Shown here in pieces: positions 38,176 through 48,639 of a stretch of 64,000 bases of DNA. The notes beneath the pieces were generated by a model. That model ran no database searches. It was not told the origin of the DNA and saw only the letters and a program-made list of their open reading frames with translations. The DNA comes from Gemmatimonadales bacterium (lineage in GTDB: Bacteria; Gemmatimonadota; Gemmatimonadetes; Gemmatimonadales; GWC2-71-9), in contig JBHHZE010000006.1 of NCBI GenBank assembly GCA_046757925.1, positions 12,489 to 76,488 of the forward strand, read 5' to 3'. Position 1 is the first letter of the stretch, and every line of letters begins with the position of its first letter. Made by a program: the position numbers and the translations under genes.

Positions 38176-38774
38176 CCGCAGCCGAGACGGGAGTCGTCTC
38201 CAAGATATCGCCCAATTGGCTCACGAGCAGGCTGGACTTTCTCGTGAATTGGGCAAGATCCAACAGTCTATGGCCCATGCCGTTCGGTACGGCATGCTGC
38301 GCTATCGAGTTCATGGCTACCGCTGCAGCCCGATTCGACCTGGCACGGTTCGGGATGGAACGGATGAGCTTTTCTCCGCGTCAGGCGGACGTTTTGATCT
38401 GTGCCGGACGGCTGCCGTTCAAGCTGGCCCCGATCATCAGGCGGATCTACGATCAGATGCCACAGCCCAAATGGGTGATCTCGATGGGCGCGTGCGCTTC
38501 CACGGGAGGCATTTTCGACACTTATGCCATGGTCCAAGGAATCGATACGGTGGTTCCAGTGGATGTCTATGTGCCAGGGTGTCCGCCACGGCCGGAGGGC
38601 CTGCTGTACGGAATCATGCTGCTGCAGAAAAAGGCCCGAGGCGAAACGATGGCCGACAAGGGGATACGTGAAGAGGAAGTGTTGCAGCCGGGCGGAATCC
38701 GACTTCCGTCTGGCCTGGTGGATGAGCTCTCCGAACCATTCGGTAATTCCGTGCATCAGACACGGTCAGCCTAG
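38166..38774 (+). CDS. nuoB: NADH-quinone oxidoreductase subunit B
   Basis: [22 protein letters not shown] and [12 protein letters not shown] 38166 overlaps the nuoA end by 10 nt. Confidence 0.95.
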   Translation: MGLTAAETGVVSKISPNWLTSRLDFLVNWARSNSLWPMPFGTACCAIEFMATAAARFDLARFGMERMSFSPRQADVLICAGRLPFKLAPIIRRIYDQMPQPKWVISMGACASTGGIFDTYAMVQGIDTVVPVDVYVPGCPPRPEGLLYGIMLLQKKARGETMADKGIREEEVLQPGGIRLPSGLVDELSEPFGNSVHQTRSA

Positions 38775-38782
38775 CACAGAGA

Positions 38783-39406
38783 GTGAACCCTTCAGTCGGC
38801 GAGCTTCGGGCCGAATTTGGAGACTGCATCGGCCATAGTTCCGTGGTGTGCGGTGATACCATAGTCTATGTCGGCCGCGATAGAATCAAAGATGTGCTGC
38901 GTTGGCTGCGCGATACCTCCGACCAGCAATACAACTACCTCGTTGACCTGACCGCGGTCGAGTATCGCGATCCGGAGCGGTCCATCGAACTCGTCTACTT
39001 CTTGTATTCACTCGCACGCAAAGCGCAGCTTTGCGTGAAGGTTCTACTGCCGAAAGACCAGCCCCTCGAGGTGGACTCGATCGTACATCTGTGGCAAGGT
39101 GCGAATTGGTTGGAGCGGGAGGTGTACGACATGTTCGGCATAACGTTCCAGGGCCACCCGGATCTCAGGAGGATTCTGATGTGGGACACCTACGCCGAGG
39201 GACATCCCTTACGCAAAGATTTCCCTCTGCGTGGGCGCTTCTCACGATCCGAACAAGTCCGCCAGGCATTGAACGCCAACCCAGAGGCGCAATACTCCAT
39301 GGAAGAACTGTCGTTGGCGGAAGCGTACAACGATCTGCCGGAGCAAATGCGTGAGCGTTTGGCGCGGGGCGAGCGGGCCGTGATTCCCGACCCAGCAGAA
39401 GGATAA
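38783..39406 (+). CDS. nuoC: NADH-quinone oxidoreductase subunit C
   Basis: NWLEREVYDMFGI.F.GHPDLRRIL signature; GTG start. Confidence 0.93.
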   Translation: MNPSVGELRAEFGDCIGHSSVVCGDTIVYVGRDRIKDVLRWLRDTSDQQYNYLVDLTAVEYRDPERSIELVYFLYSLARKAQLCVKVLLPKDQPLEVDSIVHLWQGANWLEREVYDMFGITFQGHPDLRRILMWDTYAEGHPLRKDFPLRGRFSRSEQVRQALNANPEAQYSMEELSLAEAYNDLPEQMRERLARGERAVIPDPAEG

Positions 39407-39410
39407 TACG

Positions 39411-40703
39411 ATGGGCGAGAAACGCACCCTGGAGGTCGGGCTCGGTACATCAGGCATAGATGCGCAGGGTAGGCCGATTAGCGTACCGCTGGGGTTGGCT
39501 GGCCAATCGCGTGGCGACTTGGATGATGGCGGACTCGGCGCGGAGCACCTGCTGCTCAATCTGGGGCCGCAGCATCCCGCAACTCACGGGGTATTGCGCT
39601 TGGTCATCGAGCTCGATGGCGAAGTGGTTCAGCGAATCATTCCTCACATCGGATACCTGCACTCCGGGTTCGAGAAGCTCGGTGAATACCGCCACTACAA
39701 CCAGATCATTCCTCTCACCGATCGCACAGATTACCTGGCACCGATGGCAAACAATGTGTGCCTTGCGCTTGGGGCGGAGAAATTGATGGGCATCGAGATC
39801 ACCGAACGGTGCAAGGTGTTGAGGGTCATTGCGTGCGAGATGAGCCGCATCATTTCTCACATCGTGTGGCTGGGCACGACGGCGATCGATCTGGGAGCTT
39901 TCACTCCGTTCCTCTGGACGTTCCAACAGCGCGAGTTGATCTACAACCTGCAGGAAGCCTGGACGGGCGCCCGGCTCACGACGAGCATAACGCGGGTCGG
40001 GGGCATGATGGCTGACATCCCCGACGGATTTGAGGATGGGCTGCGGGATTTCTGCAAGAACTTTCCGGGAGTCTTGGACCAGGTCGATCGGCTCTTGACG
40101 AAGAACGCCATATGGTGCGGTAGGATGCAGGGAATGGGAGTGATGACGCGCGATGAAGCCATCAACTACTCGCTGTCCGGTCCAATGCTTCGGGCCAGCG
40201 GGGTTCCGTACGACGTACGTAAGGATCGTTCCTACTTGGATTACGAAACTTATGACTTCGACGTACCCGTGGGCGAACACGGCGATGTATACGACAGGTA
40301 TTTGGTTAGAATGGAAGAGATGCGACAGTCTGTACGCATCCTCGAGCAGGCATTGGATCGGTTGCCGGAGGGCCCGATCAATGTGGACGATCCCAGAGTC
40401 ATCCTTCCGCCGAAGACATCTGCCATGAATGACATGGAGTCTATGATCTTTCACTTCAAGCAGGTGATGGAAGGCATTCCGGCACCGGTCGGTGAGGCCT
40501 ACATGGCCGTAGAGAACGGCAAAGGGGAACTCGGTACGTACTTCGTCTCCGACGGCACCGCAAAGCCCGTACGGTGGCGTATCCGGCCGCCGTCATTCCT
40601 CAACCTGGCTGCGTTACCGAAAATGGGCGAAGGCCACCTGCTGTCGGACGTGATAGCTATCAACGCAAGCGTGGACATCGTTATGGGGGAGATAGATCGG
40701 TGA
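39411..40703 (+). CDS. nuoD: NADH-quinone oxidoreductase subunit D
   Basis: LNLGPQHPATHGVLRL, GYLHSGFEK and a C-terminal VDIVMGEIDR. Confidence 0.96.
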   Translation: MGEKRTLEVGLGTSGIDAQGRPISVPLGLAGQSRGDLDDGGLGAEHLLLNLGPQHPATHGVLRLVIELDGEVVQRIIPHIGYLHSGFEKLGEYRHYNQIIPLTDRTDYLAPMANNVCLALGAEKLMGIEITERCKVLRVIACEMSRIISHIVWLGTTAIDLGAFTPFLWTFQQRELIYNLQEAWTGARLTTSITRVGGMMADIPDGFEDGLRDFCKNFPGVLDQVDRLLTKNAIWCGRMQGMGVMTRDEAINYSLSGPMLRASGVPYDVRKDRSYLDYETYDFDVPVGEHGDVYDRYLVRMEEMRQSVRILEQALDRLPEGPINVDDPRVILPPKTSAMNDMESMIFHFKQVMEGIPAPVGEAYMAVENGKGELGTYFVSDGTAKPVRWRIRPPSFLNLAALPKMGEGHLLSDVIAINASVDIVMGEIDR

Positions 40704-41197
40704 CCGTGCAGCATGACGAGTACAGGCCGGTTTTCGTGGGCGACAGACGCGGCGAACTCGACGAAATACTGAAGCGTTACCCGCAAAAGCGAGGAGCTAT
40801 GCTGCCGGCGCTGTGGATGGTGCAGGAGGCCCGAGGATGGGTCTCGGATGAGGCCATATCCGAGGTGGCGCACGTGCTCGATCTCACACCGGCATATGTT
40901 AAGGGCGTCGTCACCTTCTACACTATGTATCACCAGCATCCTGTTGGCCGACATTTCATTCAGGTTTGTACTACGACGCCCTGCAATATCTGTGGAGCGG
41001 AAGACGTCGTAGACGCGATGCTGGAACATACCGGATGTGGTGAACTGGGGGCTACGTCGTCGGATGGGAGGTTCACTGTGGTGGAGGTAGAGTGTCTCGG
41101 GGCTTGCGGTTTCGCGACACCGGTGATGATCGATGACGACTTTGTTGAGAATGTGACTGCGGAATCGGTGCCGGGCCTCCTGGCAAAGTACGTATGA
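40700..41197 (+). CDS. nuoE: NADH-quinone oxidoreductase subunit E
   Basis: LP.L...Q...GW, VCTTTPCNICG and ECLGACG (2Fe-2S ligands). The GTG start overlaps nuoD as GTGA. Confidence 0.92.
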   Translation: MTVQHDEYRPVFVGDRRGELDEILKRYPQKRGAMLPALWMVQEARGWVSDEAISEVAHVLDLTPAYVKGVVTFYTMYHQHPVGRHFIQVCTTTPCNICGAEDVVDAMLEHTGCGELGATSSDGRFTVVEVECLGACGFATPVMIDDDFVENVTAESVPGLLAKYV

Positions 41198-41219
41198 AGA
41201 AGGGTTTGGAGAACGACTG

Positions 41220-42527
41220 ATGGGTTATCCACACGAGTCGCACCCGAAAGAGACCGTCGTCTTGAGCGAACATTTCGGCGATCCCGCGATGCGGAGCTAT
41301 GACGGTTGGGTGGCGAGCGGTGGTTATGAGGCGCTCGAGCGGGTTCTGGCCATGGAACCGGCAAGCGTGATTGAGGAAGTCAAAGAATCCGGTCTGCGAG
41401 GTCGGGGTGGTGCGGGATTCCCGACGGGTGTCAAATGGTCGTTCATGCCCAAGGAAAAAAAGGGGCCACATTATCTCTGCTGCAACGCTGATGAGTCGGA
41501 GCCGGGAACGTTCAAGGACCGCGAGATCATGCGCTGGACACCGCACGCACTCATTGAGGGATGTGCGATCGCTCAGTACGCGATCCAAGCTGAGATTGGG
41601 TACATATACATTCGGGGGGAGTTTACCGAGCCTCTGGCAATCATGGAGCGCGCAGTAGCCGAAGTGTACGCGAGCGGCGTGTTAGGGCGGGATGTGATGG
41701 GTACTGGCAAGCGCATCGATATGTATATTCACCGCGGGGCTGGGGCGTACATTTGCGGCGAAGAGACAGCCCTGATGAACTCGATCGAGGGTGGGCGCGG
41801 CAACCCCCGAATCAAGCCGCCGTTTCCCGCAGCGGCCGGTGTGTTTGGCAGGCCTACTACGATCAACAATGTCGAGACGCTGGCGGTGGTACCTCACATT
41901 TTCAACCGAGGTGCCGCATGGTACAACGCGCTGGGATTGTCCAGCCCCAAGAGCAAGGGTACAAAGTTGTTCAGCGTGTGTGGTCATGTGGCGAAGCCCG
42001 GCAACTACGAGTTGGAGTTGGGCTTCCCATTGCAGGATCTGATCATGGACCTGTGTGGTGGGATTCGCAACGGCGGCGAGCTCAAGGCGTGCATACCCGG
42101 CGGTTCCTCGGTACCGATCCTGAATAAGGAGGAAGTCGAGAGTTGCGTTCTCGATTACGAAGGGTGCCAGGAGGCCGGGACGATGCTTGGGTCCGGCGGG
42201 GTGATCGTCTTCGACGAGACGGCCGATATGGTTTACCAGATCATGCGGCTCGCCCGCTTTTATGCCCATGAGTCGTGCGCACAGTGCACCCAATGCCGTG
42301 AGGGTACCGCCTGGACCACGCGTATTCTCCAAAGGATTCTGGCGGGAGATGGGAGGACGAAAGATCTCGATCTCCTGCTGGACCTTGCGGAACAAATGAC
42401 CGGTCGCACGATCTGCGTGCTGAGTGACTCCTGCGCCGCACCGGTGGTGAGCGGCATCAAGAAGTTCCGTTCGGAGTTCGAAGCGTACATAAAGCCTTCG
42501 CTGCACGCAGTTGCGGCGGCCGTGTGA
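41220..42527 (+). CDS. nuoF: NADH-quinone oxidoreductase subunit F
   Basis: GLRGRGGAGFPTGVKW, CNADESEPGTFKDR and ESCAQCTQCREG. Confidence 0.96.
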   Translation: MGYPHESHPKETVVLSEHFGDPAMRSYDGWVASGGYEALERVLAMEPASVIEEVKESGLRGRGGAGFPTGVKWSFMPKEKKGPHYLCCNADESEPGTFKDREIMRWTPHALIEGCAIAQYAIQAEIGYIYIRGEFTEPLAIMERAVAEVYASGVLGRDVMGTGKRIDMYIHRGAGAYICGEETALMNSIEGGRGNPRIKPPFPAAAGVFGRPTTINNVETLAVVPHIFNRGAAWYNALGLSSPKSKGTKLFSVCGHVAKPGNYELELGFPLQDLIMDLCGGIRNGGELKACIPGGSSVPILNKEEVESCVLDYEGCQEAGTMLGSGGVIVFDETADMVYQIMRLARFYAHESCAQCTQCREGTAWTTRILQRILAGDGRTKDLDLLLDLAEQMTGRTICVLSDSCAAPVVSGIKKFRSEFEAYIKPSLHAVAAAV

Positions 42528-42534
42528 GAGCGAG

Positions 42535-44121
42535 ATGAGCGACCGAGATATGGTGACTCTTACTATTGAAGGGGCGGAGGTAACGGTACCGAAGGGCACT
42601 ACGGTACTCGAGGCTGCAAAGCAGGCCGGGATAGTGGTGCCTCACTATTGCTATCATCCCGGTCTGCCGGTGGCCGGTGTGTGCAGGATGTGCCTCGTTG
42701 AAATCGAAGGGGTGCCCAAGCTCCAGATTGGCTGCGCCACCACTGTGGCGGATGGTCAGAACGTTCGCGTGTATTCAGACGAGGCAAAGAAAGCGCGACA
42801 GAGTGTACTCGAGTTTCTCCTCATCAACCATCCGCTCGATTGCCCGATCTGCGACCAGGCAGGCGAGTGCGAACTCCAGAACTACGTTTTCGAGGAAGGC
42901 CGGGCGCGGACCAGGTACACGCCGGATTTCCCCAAACGGTTCAATCCAGTGGAAGATTTTGGTGACGACATAATTTACGTTCCCAACCGCTGCATTCTCT
43001 GCACCCGTTGCGTACGATTCATGGAGCACGTCGCCGATGACGGCGTTCTGAACGTGAGTGAGCGGGGAGATCGTGCATTCATTGGGATTCACCCGGGAGA
43101 GCGACTCGACCACCCGTGGGCGGGTAACGTTGTGGATCTCTGTCCCGTTGGCTCTCTGATTTCCAAAGATTTTCTGCACAAGGCTCGGGCCTGGGACCTG
43201 GACAAGACCGCGAGCATCTGCACCGGGTGTTCACAGGGTTGCAATGTCACGATCGATTCACGTAGCGATGTTGTGGTGAGAATCAGGCCGAGAGTGAATC
43301 TGTCCGTCAACGAGTACTTCATGTGCGATCACGGCCGGTTGGAGTACAAGTGGATGAATCGCGGTGACCGCATCGAGGCCCCACTCGTAGCTCAGGGTGG
43401 AGAGTTGGTGGCCACAGATTGGGATCATGCGTTGGCTGTGGTCGCCGGGATCGTTAGCGGGTCCGGTGGCAAAGCGGCTGTGTTGGCCTCGCCGCGGGTA
43501 TCGACGGAGATGTTGTTTCTCGCACGAGAATTGGTGAGCGAATTCCAATTCAAAGGTTCGTACCGAGTCGATCGTGCTACGGAAGAGTTTCCATTGCCAG
43601 GCGTAGACAATCTGGGACTGAGACGGGAGCGGGCCCCGAATGTAATGGGAGCCCGACTGCTGGGGTATGGTGACGACTTCGATGAGGTCGTTGCGAATCT
43701 GGACGACGTATCGCTGGTCATGGTGTTGGACGAGGGATTGAGGGGGGTGAATGGCAAACAACTCGAGGCAGCTGCCAATATCGTCTATTTGGGGACAGTA
43801 TTACCCGACATCGCACGAAGCGCGGTGGCGGTGCTGCCGGTAACGAATACGCCTGAGGAGGACGGAACATTCGTCAATCGGGATGGGCGGGTTCAGAGGT
43901 ATTTTCAGGCCAAGACAGGGCCGGGAATGGCGAGACCGGGTTGGTGGGTGCTGGGCGAGATTCTCGCGGAGATGGGTCGTGGTGAGCCTCTGTCGGATGC
44001 CGCCCAAGCTTTCGACCTGATACCCGACAAGGTGCCCGCGTTCGCGAAACTGAGCTACGATATCTTGGGATATGGTGGACAACCCGTGGATGCTGCTGAG
44101 CTGACGGGAGCAGCGTCGTGA
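42535..44121 (+). CDS. nuoG: NADH-quinone oxidoreductase subunit G (short form, ~528 aa)
   Basis: 2Fe-2S YCYHP...GVCRMCLVEI...GC, HPLDCPICDQAGEC, CILCTRCVRF...CPVG, and CTGCSQGC. The C-terminal molybdopterin-like region is short. Confidence 0.92.
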   Translation: MSDRDMVTLTIEGAEVTVPKGTTVLEAAKQAGIVVPHYCYHPGLPVAGVCRMCLVEIEGVPKLQIGCATTVADGQNVRVYSDEAKKARQSVLEFLLINHPLDCPICDQAGECELQNYVFEEGRARTRYTPDFPKRFNPVEDFGDDIIYVPNRCILCTRCVRFMEHVADDGVLNVSERGDRAFIGIHPGERLDHPWAGNVVDLCPVGSLISKDFLHKARAWDLDKTASICTGCSQGCNVTIDSRSDVVVRIRPRVNLSVNEYFMCDHGRLEYKWMNRGDRIEAPLVAQGGELVATDWDHALAVVAGIVSGSGGKAAVLASPRVSTEMLFLARELVSEFQFKGSYRVDRATEEFPLPGVDNLGLRRERAPNVMGARLLGYGDDFDEVVANLDDVSLVMVLDEGLRGVNGKQLEAAANIVYLGTVLPDIARSAVAVLPVTNTPEEDGTFVNRDGRVQRYFQAKTGPGMARPGWWVLGEILAEMGRGEPLSDAAQAFDLIPDKVPAFAKLSYDILGYGGQPVDAAELTGAAS

Positions 44122-45335
44122 CGCCGGAAATCAAAGGCTTTCTTCTGTTAGGGGTGATAAAGATCCTGGTAGTGTTCACGGTCTTGAATGTGGGCGTCAT
44201 GATGGTGATTTGGCTGGAGCGCCGTCAGAGCGCGTTTCATCAGGATCGACTGGGGCCGAACCGCGTCGGGCCGTTTGGCCTGCTGCAGTCTGTCGCAGAC
44301 GGCATCAAGAATATGATGAAAGAGGAGACGTACCCGGCCGAAGCGAATCGTACGATGTTCATCCTGGCTCCCACTCTGTCGTTCATCCCGTCGTTGTTGC
44401 TGTTTGCCGTAATACCGTTTGCTGCACCACTCCCCGTTGCGTTTGACTTTAGCTTGCCGGTGCTGGGCCGGTTCACCTATGACGGCCTGCTACCGATGAT
44501 GATCGCCGATTTGTCCATCGGGATACTGTTTATCTTGGCTATTTCCAGCATCAGTGTGTACGGAATTGTCCTGGCAGGGTGGTCATCCAACAGCAAGTAC
44601 GCGTTCTTGGGTGGTCTCCGTGCAAGTGCCCAAATGATCAGCTACGAGATAGCACTCGGCTTGAGTGTTATCGCAGTTCTGCTACTTACGGGGAACGTCA
44701 CGCTGAGTGAGGTCGTCTCGAAACAGCAGACCGGCTTGTGGTATGTATTCCCCCTGCTCCTGGGGTTCGTGTTTTTCCTGATCTCCGCCTTGGCCGAAAC
44801 CAATCGGCTGCCATTCGATCTGCCGGAGGCGGAGTCTGAGTTGGTGACGGGCTATCACACGGAGTACTCATCGATGAAGTTTTCGATGTTCTTCATTGGC
44901 GAGTACGCGGCAGTCATAACCATGTCGGCTCTTATTGCCACACTGTTCTTCGGTGGATGGGATGTACCGTTTACGAGATGGGACTCGCAGGATCCCACCA
45001 TCCTGAAGTCGGTCGTTACTCTGCTCGCGTTCTCCGCGAAAACACTACTGTTCATTTTCGTGTATATCTGGATTCGCTGGACGCTGCCGCGCTTCCGTTT
45101 CGATCAACTCATGGCGATTGGATGGAAGGGGCTGTTGCCGGTAACGTTGGGCTACTTAATGCTGATTGCCACGGCCGTTCTCGTGTTGGATTCGCTCGGT
45201 ATACCGGATGGGCGCTTGTACGGTTTCATTCTCTTTGGCGTAAACATACCGGCTATCTACGTGTTGTTCTGGTTAGGTGACCGTGGGCGATTGATCGAAG
45301 GGCAGAAACTCAGACGACCGGTGGTGAATCGATGA
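44118..45335 (+). CDS. nuoH: NADH-quinone oxidoreductase subunit H
   Basis: ERR..A..QDRLGPNRVGP.GLLQ..ADG.K and NR.PFDLPEAESELV.GYHTEYS. The start is a GTGA overlap. Confidence 0.96.
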   Translation: MTPEIKGFLLLGVIKILVVFTVLNVGVMMVIWLERRQSAFHQDRLGPNRVGPFGLLQSVADGIKNMMKEETYPAEANRTMFILAPTLSFIPSLLLFAVIPFAAPLPVAFDFSLPVLGRFTYDGLLPMMIADLSIGILFILAISSISVYGIVLAGWSSNSKYAFLGGLRASAQMISYEIALGLSVIAVLLLTGNVTLSEVVSKQQTGLWYVFPLLLGFVFFLISALAETNRLPFDLPEAESELVTGYHTEYSSMKFSMFFIGEYAAVITMSALIATLFFGGWDVPFTRWDSQDPTILKSVVTLLAFSAKTLLFIFVYIWIRWTLPRFRFDQLMAIGWKGLLPVTLGYLMLIATAVLVLDSLGIPDGRLYGFILFGVNIPAIYVLFWLGDRGRLIEGQKLRRPVVNR

Positions 45336-45838
45336 GTATTGGAGTCAAAGTCTTGAAGCGCCCGGAGCAGAATGTGAGTTATCTGCGTGCCAGTTTGAAA
45401 GGTATGGGACTCACGCTGAGTCACCTCGCCCGGAAGAGCGTCACAATGGAGTACCCCGAGGTAAAGCAGACCGACGAATGGACCATCTCGCCACGCTGGC
45501 GCGGCACGCACAGGATGCTCACGGACGAACAGGGGCGGGCCAAATGTGTGGCCTGCGGTCTCTGCCCCCAGATCTGTCCGGCCAATTGTATCAAGTTGGT
45601 ACCTGGTGAGGATGAAGAGGGCAATCGTTATCCCCTCATCTACGAGATCGACGAGTTCCGCTGCGTGTTTTGCGGCTATTGTCAGGAGGTGTGTCCCGAA
45701 GAAGCGATTCATGTCGGTGTACACTACGAGAACGCGGAGTACCAGAGGGATCGGTTCGTATACGATCTGGAGCGGTTGTGCGCGCAGACTCATCCGGTAT
45801 CGTCGCTGTGGGATCCATCTGATCCAAAGGGCGAGTAG
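45332..45838 (+). CDS. nuoI: NADH-quinone oxidoreductase subunit I
   Basis: Two 4Fe-4S motifs, CVACGLCPQICP and CVFCGYCQEVCP. The start is an ATGA overlap. Confidence 0.95.
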   Translation: MSIGVKVLKRPEQNVSYLRASLKGMGLTLSHLARKSVTMEYPEVKQTDEWTISPRWRGTHRMLTDEQGRAKCVACGLCPQICPANCIKLVPGEDEEGNRYPLIYEIDEFRCVFCGYCQEVCPEEAIHVGVHYENAEYQRDRFVYDLERLCAQTHPVSSLWDPSDPKGE

Positions 45839-45841
45839 AGC

Positions 45842-46357
45842 GTGACAGGATTCGCTTTCTGGACGTTCTCTGGAGTGGCCATCGCAGCGGCGTTGCTCTG
45901 CATTACTCGTAGGAGCCCGGTCGCGAGCGCACTCTGGTTGGTGCTCACTCTCTTCTCGCTCGCCGGCTTGTTCGTGATTCTCGATGCGCATTTCATTGCC
46001 GCGATCCAGGTGCTGGTGTACGCCGGGGCGATCATGGTCTTGTTCCTGTTCGTCATCATGTTGCTCAACCTTGGCAAGGAGACGGCCAGCGATCTACCGG
46101 GTTTGTTGCGGCATGGATTGACTATCGGGTTGGGAACGATCCTCGCGGCTGAGCTCTGGGCCGTAACCAAGATCGCGCCGTCGGCCGACCTGACAATTCC
46201 GGCGGATGCGCTGCGGAACCTAACGAAGAATGAAGGTGCGGTCAGCATAATCAGCGGGCCGCTCTTCCAAACCTATCTGATTCCTTTCGAAATAACCTCA
46301 GTGCTTCTGCTAGCCGCAATCGTGGGTGCCGTAGTGCTGGCCAAGAGGAGACTGTAG
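45842..46357 (+). CDS. nuoJ: NADH-quinone oxidoreductase subunit J
   Basis: Hydrophobic and 171 aa, with the [24 protein letters not shown] signature and the expected operon position. Confidence 0.92.
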   Translation: MTGFAFWTFSGVAIAAALLCITRRSPVASALWLVLTLFSLAGLFVILDAHFIAAIQVLVYAGAIMVLFLFVIMLLNLGKETASDLPGLLRHGLTIGLGTILAAELWAVTKIAPSADLTIPADALRNLTKNEGAVSIISGPLFQTYLIPFEITSVLLLAAIVGAVVLAKRRL

Positions 46358-46653
46358 TGTTCCTCGAGGAATCACTTGCCGTATCGGCGATCCTGTTCAG
46401 CGTGGGGGTGGTGGGAGTACTTCTCCGGCGCAACGCGATCATCATGTTCATGTGCATCGAGGTGATGCTGAATGCCGTGAATCTGACATTTGTCGCACTT
46501 GCCCAACAACTCGGCAGAGACGGTCAAGTGATTGTCTTCTTTGTGATGGCGGTGGCGGCGGCGGAAGCCGCCGTGGGACTGGCGATTATAATCGCAGTAT
46601 ACCGCCACAAGCAAACGCTCGATCTCAACAAAGTGAATATACTCAGCGGATGA
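46357..46653 (+). CDS. nuoK: NADH-quinone oxidoreductase subunit K
   Basis: 98 aa with [11 protein letters not shown] and [11 protein letters not shown] motifs. Confidence 0.94.
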   Translation: MFLEESLAVSAILFSVGVVGVLLRRNAIIMFMCIEVMLNAVNLTFVALAQQLGRDGQVIVFFVMAVAAAEAAVGLAIIIAVYRHKQTLDLNKVNILSG

Positions 46654-48629
46654 TGCCTCAATCGATCGGGTTGGTGTGGTTGGCGGTGCTGTTGCCGTTC
46701 GTCGGCTTTTTGATAAATGGGGCTCTCAGTTTCTTGAGGCCGCAGGCCAAGCGCGCCGTGAGCGCAGTTGGTGTAGGAGTCCTGGGCGCAGCGTTTGCAG
46801 TTGCCGTGGTTGCCGTGTTCGGCCTAGTTGGCAATCAAGCAGGCGCACCGTTCGTCTTGCGCATGTGGGAATGGATCCACGTTGGTGGTCTTCACATCGA
46901 CGTTGCGCTTCAAGTCGATCAACTGTCCGCCGTAATGATGCTCGTGGTGACGGGAGTCGGTGCTCTGATCCATTTGTTCAGCATAGGCTATATGCACGAG
47001 GATCGAGGCTACGCTCGGTATTTCGCATATCTCAACCTCTTCGTGTTTTTCATGCTGGTGTTGGTCCTGGGAGCCAACTTTCCGGTCATGTTCATCGGTT
47101 GGGAAGGAGTGGGCTTGTGCAGCTACCTGTTGATCGGCTTCTGGTTCAACGATAAGGCGAATGCCGATGCCGGTAAGAAGGCGTTCATCATGAACCGCAT
47201 TGGAGACTTTGGTTTCCTGATCGCCATGTTCATGATCTTCTGGGCAACGGGTAGCCTGGATTTCGTAGAAGTCTTCGATGTGGCACCCCGCACTTTTGTA
47301 CTTGGTGGAGGAACCGTCACGCTCGTAACGCTGGCGTTGTTCCTCGGTTGTACCGGCAAGTCGGCGCAGATTCCGCTATACACATGGCTGCCCGATGCCA
47401 TGGCGGGCCCAACTCCCGTCTCGGCGTTGATCCACGCGGCGACTATGGTTACAGCGGGAGTCTATCTCGTCGCACGAGCCAACGTTTTGTTCGCCATGGC
47501 ACCGGTGTCTAGCCTGGTCGTGGCTAGTGTAGGAGCGGCAACCGCGCTGTTTGCTGCTACGATTGCACTCAAACAGTGGGACATCAAGAAGGTCTTGGCG
47601 TATTCCACGGTGTCTCAACTGGGATACATGTTCTTGGGCGTTGGTGTGGGCGCGTACGCTGGAGGAATCTTTCATCTTGTGACGCATGCCTTCTTCAAGG
47701 CATTGCTGTTCCTGGGCTCGGGCAGCGTGATTTTCGCTTTACACCGTGCATATCACCAGACGCATAGCCATGAAGACGCTCAAGACATGAGGAACATGGG
47801 AGGACTCAGGTCCGCGATGCCATGGACAGCCGCGGTAATGTGGGTCGCAACTTTGGCCATAGCCGGCATACCGGGACTGTCGGGGTTCTTTTCGAAAGAC
47901 GGTATACTTGCAGCCACCTTCGCACGCGGCAGTGAACACGTGGCGTTTTACGTTCTGTGGCTCGTAGGCGCGGCAGCCGCGCTTCTGACCGCTTTTTATA
48001 TGACGCGCATGATGCTTTACACGTTCCATGGGCCAAAAAGAACGGGCGAGAAAGAGGCGGAATTCCTGGCTGAGGCTCCGTGGGTCATGACCGGACCACT
48101 CGTGGCGCTGGCACTGGGAAGTGTTGTTGCCGGAGCGATTAACCTGCCGCACGTTCTGCCGGGAGCAGGGTGGCTTGAGCACTGGCTCCAACCAATCACC
48201 GAGGCGAGCTCGAGGTTCTTGCCTGAAGAACATCTTGCCGCAGGCACCGAGTGGATGCTGATCGGCATTGCTACCACGATTGCAATTGGCGGCATAGCGC
48301 TGGCGTGGACTCTTCTCAAACCGGAATCGCTCGTCGTTGCCCGACAAGCACCGGGTGAGACGGGATTCGGTCGGGTTCTCTCCAAGAAATGGTACGTGGA
48401 TGAAGCATATGATTGGCTGATCGTTCAGCCCCTGGTCTGGATGTCACGGAAGCTCTTGTGGCGGTTCTTTGACACCGGGGTGATCGATACTGTGATGGTA
48501 AACGGTTCCGCGTGGACCGCTCGGGCCTTTGGTTTTGCAGGCAGTGCAATCCAAAGCGGACGCCTTGGATGGTATCTATTCGTGTTCGTTATCGGTACGC
48601 TTGCGCTGCTTCGGGCGGTGATGACGTGA
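46650..48629 (+). CDS. nuoL: NADH-quinone oxidoreductase subunit L
   Basis: [17 protein letters not shown]..., [15 protein letters not shown] and [34 protein letters not shown] 46650 overlaps nuoK (ATGA); the ORF-track start 46452 is an extension. Confidence 0.95.
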   Translation: MMPQSIGLVWLAVLLPFVGFLINGALSFLRPQAKRAVSAVGVGVLGAAFAVAVVAVFGLVGNQAGAPFVLRMWEWIHVGGLHIDVALQVDQLSAVMMLVVTGVGALIHLFSIGYMHEDRGYARYFAYLNLFVFFMLVLVLGANFPVMFIGWEGVGLCSYLLIGFWFNDKANADAGKKAFIMNRIGDFGFLIAMFMIFWATGSLDFVEVFDVAPRTFVLGGGTVTLVTLALFLGCTGKSAQIPLYTWLPDAMAGPTPVSALIHAATMVTAGVYLVARANVLFAMAPVSSLVVASVGAATALFAATIALKQWDIKKVLAYSTVSQLGYMFLGVGVGAYAGGIFHLVTHAFFKALLFLGSGSVIFALHRAYHQTHSHEDAQDMRNMGGLRSAMPWTAAVMWVATLAIAGIPGLSGFFSKDGILAATFARGSEHVAFYVLWLVGAAAALLTAFYMTRMMLYTFHGPKRTGEKEAEFLAEAPWVMTGPLVALALGSVVAGAINLPHVLPGAGWLEHWLQPITEASSRFLPEEHLAAGTEWMLIGIATTIAIGGIALAWTLLKPESLVVARQAPGETGFGRVLSKKWYVDEAYDWLIVQPLVWMSRKLLWRFFDTGVIDTVMVNGSAWTARAFGFAGSAIQSGRLGWYLFVFVIGTLALLRAVMT

Positions 48630-48639
48630 TGGTGAGCGC

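Noticed and set aside
38129-38671. 180-aa alternative-frame + strand ORF inside nuoB
   Set aside because: nuoB motifs (CCAIEF, GCPPRPE) are in the other frame. The alternative frame is Arg/Gly-rich with no features.
39450-40454. 334-aa minus-strand ORF antisense to nuoD
   Set aside because: nuoD on the + strand is unambiguous. The antisense translation is low-complexity (R/H/P/Q-rich) and lacks any recognisable domain.
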